Assembly (NCBI GenBank): GCA_043818055.1
Contig: JBDRGF010000014.1
Location: forward strand, 1-57,796
Reading direction: 5' to 3'
Length of the DNA stretch: 57,796 nt
Origin: Pseudomonadota bacterium
GTDB taxonomy: Bacteria; UBA10199; 2-02-FULL-44-16; JBDRGF01
The translations under genes were made by a program, and so were the position numbers. Positions 17,901 through 25,263 of this stretch are shown one piece after another (positions within the stretch are counted from its first letter, which is position 1; each line of letters begins with the position of its first letter). The notes beneath the pieces were generated by a model that was given only the letters and a program-made list of their open reading frames with translations, ran no database searches and was not told the origin of the DNA.

Positions 17901-19989
17901 CGATGGAAAAATCAAAAATGAATTAGAGCCAGTCTTGATGTACAACATGATTCCATATTCTGCGATGACCGGTGTACTCGATTTTATCGATATGCGAAAG
18001 GTCGATTCAACAAAAGAGGCGTCGCTTCGTTTTGATTTCTATTTGCAAAGACCGAGCGGTAAAGAGCAGCTCTACTTGGATTATTATGCAAAGAATATGT
18101 TCATCTCGGTTATCGTCGAATATGAACAGGGGCCACCGCTTAAAATGAATATTCCATTATATGCTCTACCATTTCCCAAAAATAGAATGACGGCAAAGCT
18201 TGCAGAGTTGGATAATCAGAAAAAAATTGTGCCGGGAAAGACGACCGATTGGTTTGTAAAACAGCTCAAGCTCGGTATGAAGAAAAACACATCAGGTTCG
18301 AGTGAAGGTGTGATTAAGCGAGTTACATTTATGGTTGTAAACGGAAATGGTTGTAAAGGATTGGGTATTGACCTTACTAAATGGTGTAAGGGCACGGTTG
18401 GAAATTCAATCAATGGTCAAGGGCAGCAGGCGACGAACATATATTTTGGAATGAGTGCGACCATTGTGAATGAAAAGCCGTGTGAAGATGGTATGGCCAG
18501 AATCCCGGAGACTGGGGAATGTGGCTGTAAGGTGACGAAGAATAACACGGTTGTTGGAAAGGCGTGCGATGCAGGGTTTAAATCGAAGATGATTCCGGAT
18601 CCCGATGATAGTGCAGGAAAAAAGATGTGTGAATGTGTTCCGAAGTGTTCTGGCTTGGAACGATGGGACGATAAGTTAAAAGTTTGCGAGCCGTGTAAGG
18701 AGGGTGAATATAACGCCTGGTATGATGCTGAAGTAGAATCTGAGAGAACAGGCATGCTGAGTCTGTGTTGGGATTGTAAGAGTTTGAAACAGTCCACACT
18801 GAAATGGTCAGATCTTAAAACTGGAAAGAAATGCAGTCCGGACGATTATTATTGTGGGGCGAGTTGCGGTTGTCCTGATAAGTTTGAAAAATCAGATGAT
18901 GAAAAAACTTGCCAGGCACCATGTGATTTGGGTGATCGTTGGGATGGCAGCAAAGAAAAATGCGTAGCGTGTGAGTGGTGGCAGACATCATCGGATGACC
19001 GAACGAAATGTGTCGATTGCAATCCGGGTAATCCTTCAAGTGACTCAATGTTGAGGTATCCAAAGTATAAATATTTTTTTGTTGGTCCAGGCGATAGAGG
19101 CTGTTTTTTAATGAAGGATAAATGCAATCAGTATCAAGCTTACAGTACAAAGGATCGCAAGTGTTATGCCTGTCCACAAAGTGGCCCAGTTGAGAAGGGA
19201 CATACTGCAGGGGGAACGTGGGCTGTAGGTAGAGGTGGAAAGGGAACGGACATGGCATATATACATTTGTGCGCGTGTCGTACGGGTGAAGAGGTGAATG
19301 TGCTTTCAAATTGTCCAACCCAGTGTCCGAAAAGCATGGCTTGGATAAATCAAAAGTGCAAGTCTTGTAGTGCATCTGAACGGATGGCACGCGATCGAAA
19401 ATCCTGCCTCCAATGTGATCCTCTGGGAGGCATCCAGAATCCGAAGGATCCATATTCATGTATATGTAAATCTACACATGAACCGATAAACATGGGAACA
19501 TATATTGAGTGTAGAGAAAAATGCCAACCAGGCCTAGTAAGACATGGCGGCGTTTGCTTAAAACCGTGTCCGAAAGGGATGATCTATAAGATGGGTAAAT
19601 GTGTGAAGGAGCTGAGTTGCTCGTCGGGTCAGGTCGCTTATAATGGAACATGTTATTGGGAGGCTGGATATGGAACATGTTCCAAGGTATTTTTGTCAGA
19701 TGGGCGTCTCTTAGCGCAAAGCACAGGCTGCACAGGGAACGAAATTTATAAATGCGAATATAACAAGTGGAACAAACACTACTGTCATTCTGGTTATGAT
19801 TACATCGAGTCCAGTCAATGCAGTAAGTACGATCACAATCATGGAGGAAATCTTTGTTGCCTTAAATATCCCAATGTTTCTGTGGATTATAAATCGTACT
19901 ACGGTGGGCCTACAAGCTCGCTCAACAAATATTGCTGTCCACCCGGCATGAGCCCGTCAAAAATTGGCGACAAGATGATTTGCAGGTGA
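14974..19989 (+). CDS. Giant secreted Cys-rich protein, cassette gene B copy 3, with HExxH zinc metallopeptidase motif
   Basis: 1671 aa; signal peptide ending LQA-WEWSDLW; AHELMHFF followed by KEATATFSEE; Cys-rich tail. Confidence 0.9.
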   Translation: MQKKYSFVIVSLIFITTIFSSLKLQAWEWSDLWRAFSPPEEKVEELDEATMLKVSEGVEVMSEEEFKVEYPGFEFDDEKRLSEEPAEILMIEERAQLPVIQERVELELEPTEEVEALSPAQIQLKNLSEQAPLLEKGELIPNLSLDELTEIAVQDIENDISKLKKERSYELIAQDKLVISAEQNVVRYGSGDSQIIFEREIVNGFGDNELIVEIKEYVMIDPYENADIENYYTPLGNGFEFKIHGVVHNPIHVTLTNPELTQVLTQVAEVIGEEVGAPVEGNVETNERDKVEERIELQEERIEKPESGMILEKFEGLLQKFGLLKTAYAQEFGRTPDDVDAPGERGVEMGSVPEVREFGIGVGGQDGKTKTPIPWGEGGKPKPKRNPNELKGFYKAMEESFPLIENNIGGVQYKKFPVPGQDLDFNRMGITFTIEPDTDHINEPSYDAVSLRGFVEGVGFGARGVGMKPEFMGRLFKTAKEWGHSAIQKTKNIFTATDYNCIELWYDGNWNYVGKRKRYALHNVFYKDNPIYEICGVSEGELASQAFEAKVIKNGIYDGGFYEAFYSALLRVFSYYTGLQLPKNSFPASNNGALNFPVPSLPISIKLSPHILIKDGKKIPRETGGYLATVSSSKYWIDFDSTWLYDAFKNSSSLPQTLATKPIKGDRQLISTPAHELMHFFDFQSLLRKGGFSAWQRLTSTTKEATATFSEEETSDGGLASWPFVQGKYLQGIISLNGIAHFKNKNQYTYHIRSPVIERGYLNSPYLRSIKYRDDYLKDVQGGKVEDIFEYIVNQRSKKNPIGSLDDMRGMEINRFFQNLLECKIYKQGGYDILGMPVVDTRDKYFDAFGDKFEEFETNTSQYDFYDWLKCRNYGIPGQEVVSAFRESKNNLSDITSLNLGAQSVYYDNTQWLWKPFCYDAEQLKKKIMYNVLRLDPGDKIYKVKIGSFNSALIPTLACLKPFDNSLKYELEGAEVDGKIKNELEPVLMYNMIPYSAMTGVLDFIDMRKVDSTKEASLRFDFYLQRPSGKEQLYLDYYAKNMFISVIVEYEQGPPLKMNIPLYALPFPKNRMTAKLAELDNQKKIVPGKTTDWFVKQLKLGMKKNTSGSSEGVIKRVTFMVVNGNGCKGLGIDLTKWCKGTVGNSINGQGQQATNIYFGMSATIVNEKPCEDGMARIPETGECGCKVTKNNTVVGKACDAGFKSKMIPDPDDSAGKKMCECVPKCSGLERWDDKLKVCEPCKEGEYNAWYDAEVESERTGMLSLCWDCKSLKQSTLKWSDLKTGKKCSPDDYYCGASCGCPDKFEKSDDEKTCQAPCDLGDRWDGSKEKCVACEWWQTSSDDRTKCVDCNPGNPSSDSMLRYPKYKYFFVGPGDRGCFLMKDKCNQYQAYSTKDRKCYACPQSGPVEKGHTAGGTWAVGRGGKGTDMAYIHLCACRTGEEVNVLSNCPTQCPKSMAWINQKCKSCSASERMARDRKSCLQCDPLGGIQNPKDPYSCICKSTHEPINMGTYIECREKCQPGLVRHGGVCLKPCPKGMIYKMGKCVKELSCSSGQVAYNGTCYWEAGYGTCSKVFLSDGRLLAQSTGCTGNEIYKCEYNKWNKHYCHSGYDYIESSQCSKYDHNHGGNLCCLKYPNVSVDYKSYYGGPTSSLNKYCCPPGMSPSKIGDKMICR

Positions 19990-20139
19990 CGAAAGATAAA
20001 TGGATTTATGAGCAAGCGAACATTATTTCATCTATCAAGCGAATGAGAGTAGCGTCGATGCCTGCTGCCCACAAAACACGAAACCCGTAGGTGATATTTG
20101 TAAATGATTTTAACTTAGTTCTTACGACTTATAACTTAT

Positions 20140-20338
20140 GGGCACCTCTAAAAACCTCTAATTTTCTCCTATGGTGTCATTGCGAGAAGCCCATAGGGCG
20201 ACGTGGCAATCCTGAACCCCCGTGCCTTTGACCGACGAAGCGGGCAAAGAATCCAGGGTTTATAAGCATTACCCCGAGATCGCCACGCCTCCATCCAGGA
20301 GGCTCGCGATGACAAACTGGAGGTTTTTAGAGGTGCCC
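20140..20338. mobile_element. MITE (199 bp) with 19-bp terminal inverted repeats and TTAT target duplication
   Basis: gggcacctctaaaaacctc ... gaggtttttagaggtgccc; ttat on both flanks; internal gtcattgcgag...ctcgcgatgac palindromic repeat. Confidence 0.85.
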
Positions 20339-20405
20339 TTATATTTTCTTTGTGATGCTGTCATATATAATGATTTTGAAAATGATATACAGCGCTTAAG
20401 ATGGG

Positions 20406-20621
20406 ATCATCCTCTACAATGCCGGAGTTAAACTTTTGACCAATTCCGGCGGCGTCATAGACGCCATGGAGCTACTCACCAAGGCCGGCATCGATCTCAT
20501 CGCCTGCGGCACATGCGTTGAATATTACGGGATCAAAGATGAAATATCGGTAGGCCGCGTCAGCAATATGCAGGAGATTGTAAAGATAATGACAACCGCC
20601 AAGGATGTGGTGACGATTTGA
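20406..20621 (+). pseudogene. yedF: C-terminal fragment of YedF/DsrE-like sulfur/selenium relay protein
   Basis: IILYNAGVKLLT..LIACGTCVEYYG..VGRVSNMQEIV; in-frame stop immediately upstream, N-terminus missing. Confidence 0.75.
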
Positions 20622-20755
20622 TATCACAAAAGCTTTTTCTATAAAGGCAGTGATTAGTGCGTGGTGCGTGGTGCTTAGTGATGGAAGATTATAGCTAGAC
20701 ACACTATGCACTAAACACTAAACACTGCCCTATACTACATGCCACATACGCTTTT

Positions 20756-21226
20756 TTATTTATGATACTTCTCTCCTCGTAAAATCGAAAATGCGCGGTA
20801 AAGCTGTTCAAAGAGGATGAGCGGGCACATCTCGTGAGGAAATGTCATTTTAGATAGTGAAATAATTAAATTTGCCCGGTGCAAAACTTCGGGATCAAGA
20901 CCGAGCGCTCCTCCGATGACAAAAACCACCTCCCTGACGCTCGAATTTTGCCACCCTTGAATCTCGGCTGCGAGCTCCTCAGAGCTCAATTGCTTTCCAG
21001 TTAAATCGAGCGCCACAACGTAGGATTGGGGTAAAATTTGTTTCAAAATTTTCTCCCCCTCCCCTTTTAAAACAATTTCATCGCTGACACCGGATTTGAT
21101 CTTTTCGCTCCGCACCGACTTAATCTGAAGGCGCGTGTAATGTTTGATGCGAGCAAAATACTCCCTCTCTCCATCTTGAAAAAAGGGAGTCTTTGTCTTT
21201 CCGACTGTGAGTATCGTGATTTGCAT
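20756..21226 (-). CDS. rlmH: 23S rRNA (pseudouridine1915-N3)-methyltransferase
   Basis: SPOUT motifs FVIGGALG, SLSKMTFPHEM, EQLYRAFSILRGEKYHK. Confidence 0.97.
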   Translation of the reverse strand: MQITILTVGKTKTPFFQDGEREYFARIKHYTRLQIKSVRSEKIKSGVSDEIVLKGEGEKILKQILPQSYVVALDLTGKQLSSEELAAEIQGWQNSSVREVVFVIGGALGLDPEVLHRANLIISLSKMTFPHEMCPLILFEQLYRAFSILRGEKYHK

Positions 21227-21237
21227 AGATAGATCAT

Positions 21238-21777
21238 TCAGTATTTCGAAGCACTATTTAGCTTAATAATCTTGTTCAGCGTAATCGCCAAAGCCCCGCC
21301 GATCAATGCAGTGTATAATTGATACAGCCCCATCGCCTTCAGAAATATTTCTGGGAGAACATCTCCCCTCACCAACAGATATGCGGAGCCGAACAGAAAA
21401 CCTGACTTGGCTATCGCGCCTATGAAGAGCAAGAGCCATCTATTCGTCGGTAAAAATTTGAATGATGTGACATATATGGCATTGCCTATCCATATGAATG
21501 GTATGATGTAGATCAAAAAAGGCGTGAAGCCGCCGAAGATGAGCCCCCTCGAGAGAACACCCAATGAGGGAAAGATTATTACAGGGATCACCTTAACGCT
21601 TCTCACATTCAAAGCGGCCATGACGAGTGCGGCGTTGACGACGATGCCGACGATGAGCTGAGGGTGGCCGAGAAGAAACGGGACACAAAAACTCACAGTC
21701 GCATAGAGAATCGTTTGTAAATTTTCTGAAATACCGAATCTCTTTTTTTCGATAGTGTTTGCAATTTCAGTCATCAT
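21238..21777 (-). CDS. Membrane protein, ECF S-component-like, divergent from the hydrogenase operon
   Basis: ~6 hydrophobic segments; PQLIVGIVVNA and PFIWIGNAI motifs. Confidence 0.75.
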   Translation of the reverse strand: MMTEIANTIEKKRFGISENLQTILYATVSFCVPFLLGHPQLIVGIVVNAALVMAALNVRSVKVIPVIIFPSLGVLSRGLIFGGFTPFLIYIIPFIWIGNAIYVTSFKFLPTNRWLLLFIGAIAKSGFLFGSAYLLVRGDVLPEIFLKAMGLYQLYTALIGGALAITLNKIIKLNSASKY

Positions 21778-21834
21778 ATTTTATCTCCTCCCTCTCATAT
21801 TAATATTTTCTTAAAGTAATTGAAAAGATAAAAT

Positions 21835-22263
21835 ATGTGCATGAAAAATAAAGCAGATAATTTATTACTCCCCGCTCTAAAGAAAATCCAAAAGAGGGAT
21901 GGCTTTATCTCTGAAGATAGCGTCAAAGCTCTCTCGATCGAAACCAAAATCCCCGTATCCAGAATTTTTGGCGTCATCACATTCTATTCCATGCTGCACA
22001 CAAAAAAGCAGGGCAAGCACATCATATATATCTGCTCGAGTCCGTCGTGCGCAGTCAACGGGTCGCTCGACATTTTTAAATATCTTGAGAAAAAACTGAA
22101 AATCAAAGCGGGGAGCACAACTAAGGATAAGAAATTCACACTATATGAAACCTCGTGCATCGGATGCTGCGATGAGCCGCCTGCGATGCTTTTAAACGGT
22201 AAATCACACACAAAACTGACCGAGACAAAAATAGACCAGATAATAAAAAAATGCAGATCTTAA
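21835..22263 (+). CDS. hydC: NuoE/HydC-like [2Fe-2S] subunit of trimeric [FeFe]-hydrogenase
   Basis: TFYSM, CSSPSC, CIGCCDEPP motifs. Confidence 0.9.
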   Translation: MCMKNKADNLLLPALKKIQKRDGFISEDSVKALSIETKIPVSRIFGVITFYSMLHTKKQGKHIIYICSSPSCAVNGSLDIFKYLEKKLKIKAGSTTKDKKFTLYETSCIGCCDEPPAMLLNGKSHTKLTETKIDQIIKKCRS

Positions 22264-23369
22264 AAAAGACAACGCTCAAGGCTTTGAAAAAGGCGAAACA
22301 GATAGGCTCCAACGGCGTCATAGGCCTCCTTGGAAAAAAGGGGTTGCTCGGCCGCGGTGGCGCCGGATTTCCTGTCGCGAAAAAATGGGAATTTGCACTG
22401 ACGCAAAAGTCCGACGACAAATTTGTGATTTGTAATGCCGATGAAGGGGAACCGGGGACGTTCAAAGACAAGTTCATAATAAAAAATAATCCCGAAACCC
22501 TGATAGAGGGGATCCTCATCGCGTGCTATGTGATAAATGCAAAGCGGGCGTTCATATATTTGAGGGGAGAATATGAATATCTCGAATCAGGACTGAAAAA
22601 GACAATAGATGAAGTGATCAAAAAATCAGGCTCAAATGTAAATATCGAAATTGTACTTGGCGCCGGCGCCTATGTCTGCGGCGATGAAACCGCAATAATC
22701 AAATCGATCGAAGGGTATAGAGGCCATCCATATTACAAGCCACCCTTCCCTCCCATCGAAGGACTGTGGGGAAGGCCGACGGTGATCAACAACGTCGAGA
22801 CGCTCGCCAATGTCCCGCAGGCGATCCTCTTCGACGACTGGAACAAAGACTTAAGGCTCGTCTCGCTCTCAGGCAATATCACAAAGCCCGGAATCTATGA
22901 GCTGCCTATCGGCACTAAACTCAGCGAACTCATCGCGCTTGGAAAACCGAAGCACAAGATCAAGGCTGTCTATTTCGGATGTTTTGGCGGGTGCATGCCA
23001 TATGAGGATATGCCACTCGCGCCTGAAAGGGTCTGTGGCTTAAGCTGCTCTATCGGATCATATACGATAATCGTCGTCGATGAGGGAGAGTCTATTCCAA
23101 AGGTTGCCGAGTCGATCGCAAAATTTTACGAACATGAATCATGCGGCAAGTGTACACCGTGCCGTGAGGGTACCGTGAGAATCCTCGGGCTTATAAAAAA
23201 AATTAACGCAAAAAAGGCAACCGCCGCCGATCTCGAAACACTTGAAGATTTGGCCTTGCACATACACGAGACATCGCTCTGCGGCTTGGGCCAGACAGCG
23301 ACGAATCATGTGCTGACCGCTTTGAAATATTTTAAAGATGAATTTGTTCCTGAAGGCTCTCCCCCTTAA
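22251..23369 (+). CDS. hydB: NuoF/HydB-like NAD/FMN-binding subunit (short form)
   Basis: GRGGAGFP, NADEGEPG, GAYVCGDET, ESCGKCTPCREG, SLCGLG. Confidence 0.92.
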   Translation: MQILKKTTLKALKKAKQIGSNGVIGLLGKKGLLGRGGAGFPVAKKWEFALTQKSDDKFVICNADEGEPGTFKDKFIIKNNPETLIEGILIACYVINAKRAFIYLRGEYEYLESGLKKTIDEVIKKSGSNVNIEIVLGAGAYVCGDETAIIKSIEGYRGHPYYKPPFPPIEGLWGRPTVINNVETLANVPQAILFDDWNKDLRLVSLSGNITKPGIYELPIGTKLSELIALGKPKHKIKAVYFGCFGGCMPYEDMPLAPERVCGLSCSIGSYTIIVVDEGESIPKVAESIAKFYEHESCGKCTPCREGTVRILGLIKKINAKKATAADLETLEDLALHIHETSLCGLGQTATNHVLTALKYFKDEFVPEGSPP

Positions 23370-23451
23370 TAAGGGGGAGGTGGAGGGGGTCGAAGGGTTG
23401 AATAAATCAAGTGCTTACCACCCCCAACCCCTCCTTATCAAGGAGGGGAGC
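23359..23451. repeat. REP-like palindromic element between hydB and hydA
   Basis: ctcccccttaataagggggag and cccctccttatcaaggagggg hairpins in inverted arrangement. Confidence 0.7.
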
Positions 23452-23474
23452 TATTTACGAATGAGTCAAATACA

Positions 23475-25148
23475 ATGAAGATAAATTTAGATAACAAAGA
23501 GATAGAATGTGATTCGAAGATGACACTCCTTGAAATATGCAAGGGACATGGAATAGACATCCCCACCCTTTGTGTCATCGAAGGACTCAAACCTGAAGCC
23601 CGGTGCAGGATCTGTCTCGTTGAGATGAACGGTAAACTTGTGACGGCATGCTCCTCATATCCTTTAGATGGTTGCAAGGTGATCACAGATTCAAAGAAAA
23701 TAAAAAAAGCTCGTGAGATTAACGCCGAGCTCATCATGGCCGAGCACATACCAACATGTTCGGTGGATAAAACTGCACACGATCTGTGCAAATTGATTGC
23801 GGATTTAGGTCTCACACGAATCCGATTTGATCCGATACACAAATACAAACAGGATTTGAGCGAGTCTGTCATCAGGGATGACAACAAGTGCATCAACTGC
23901 GGCAAGTGCGTGCGCGTCTGTTCTGAAATCATGGATGTCCATGCGATAGATTTTGAGGGAAGGGGCTATAAAGAAAAGGTGACACCATATTTTGGCCACA
24001 GGCTGCACGATGTCGCCTGCATCAAGTGTGGACAATGCATCGCCGCCTGTCCTGTGGGAGCCATCTTCGAGAGAGAACATCTCTATGAAGTGGTGAAGGT
24101 ATTGAAGGATGGAAAAAAACATATCGTCGTCCAGACCGCGCCATCTGTGAGGGTGGCTATCGGCGAAGAGTTTGGGATGGAGGGCGGTTCGCTTGTCACA
24201 GGCAAAATGGTGGCAGCATTGAGGAGATGTGGTTTTGATAAAGTCTTCGACACCGATTTTGCAGCCGATCTCACCATCATGGAAGAGGGATCGGAGCTCT
24301 TGAAAAGAGTCGCCAACAACGGACCATTTCCGATGATCACGACCTGTTGTCCGGGCTGGATCAAGTTCATGGAGCATTTCGAACACGATCTATTGCCCAA
24401 CATGTCGTCATGCAAAAGCCCACACGAGATGCTGGGAAGGTTGACGAAAACTTATTACGCACAAAAACATAATATCAAACCGAAAGATATCGTCGTCGTT
24501 AGCATCATGCCATGCACCGCGAAAAAGTTTGAATCGACTAGAAGCGAACTTCATAGCGATGTCGATTATGTTTTGACGACGAGGGAGGCGGCAAAGCTGA
24601 TTCGGCACTTCATCATCGATTTCAAAAATCTCCCCGACGGGGAGTTCGATAATCCGCTCGGCATCTCAACCGGCGCCGGCGTCATCTTCGGTGCGACGGG
24701 TGGAGTCATGGAGGCGGCACTTCGAACGGCATATGAGTTGGGAACAGGAAAGAAACTTGGAAAGATCGAGTTCGACCAGATTCGCGGGATGGCGGGGATC
24801 AAAGAGGGAGAGGTTGTCATCAACAACATGACGATCCGGTTTGCAGTAGCCCACGGCGGGAAAAATATTAGAAAACTTCTCACGATGAAGGAAAGATATC
24901 ATTTCATCGAGATCATGGCCTGTCCGGGCGGATGCATCGGCGGGGGTGGTCAGCCATGGCCGACGACAAAAGAGGTTCTGAAAAAACGCATGAGTGCAAT
25001 ATATTCAGCCGACTGCGAACTCCCAATCAGAAAATCGCACGAAAATCAAGCGGTACAAAAGCTCTACGAAGAATTTCTGGGACGTCCCCTGAGCGAAAAG
25101 TCTGAAAAGCTACTTCACACCACCTACACAAAACGCAGTCCATTTTAG
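23475..25148 (+). CDS. hydA: [FeFe]-hydrogenase catalytic subunit, group A (A3-like)
   Basis: H-cluster motifs TTCCPGW, MPCTAKKFE, EIMACPGGCIGGGGQP; N-terminal [2Fe-2S] and two [4Fe-4S] motifs; fused small-subunit tail (RKSHEN..LLHT). Confidence 0.96.
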   Translation: MKINLDNKEIECDSKMTLLEICKGHGIDIPTLCVIEGLKPEARCRICLVEMNGKLVTACSSYPLDGCKVITDSKKIKKAREINAELIMAEHIPTCSVDKTAHDLCKLIADLGLTRIRFDPIHKYKQDLSESVIRDDNKCINCGKCVRVCSEIMDVHAIDFEGRGYKEKVTPYFGHRLHDVACIKCGQCIAACPVGAIFEREHLYEVVKVLKDGKKHIVVQTAPSVRVAIGEEFGMEGGSLVTGKMVAALRRCGFDKVFDTDFAADLTIMEEGSELLKRVANNGPFPMITTCCPGWIKFMEHFEHDLLPNMSSCKSPHEMLGRLTKTYYAQKHNIKPKDIVVVSIMPCTAKKFESTRSELHSDVDYVLTTREAAKLIRHFIIDFKNLPDGEFDNPLGISTGAGVIFGATGGVMEAALRTAYELGTGKKLGKIEFDQIRGMAGIKEGEVVINNMTIRFAVAHGGKNIRKLLTMKERYHFIEIMACPGGCIGGGGQPWPTTKEVLKKRMSAIYSADCELPIRKSHENQAVQKLYEEFLGRPLSEKSEKLLHTTYTKRSPF

Positions 25149-25263
25149 AATATGGGCATCGTTTAAACACCGATTATATCAGTGCCGGCCTTGCATCTTT
25201 TATTCTTATGTCATAGATCAATATAAATTCAAATGTTAACAACAACGTTAATTGGAGGTGTGT

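Noticed and set aside
20650..20730. Imperfect inverted heptamer repeats (gtgcgtg / cactaaa) downstream of rlmH
   Set aside because: Common low-complexity intergenic hairpin, probably terminator-like; no further structure
21835..23369. nuoE/nuoF of respiratory complex I
   Set aside because: Followed by an H-cluster hydrogenase and no other nuo genes
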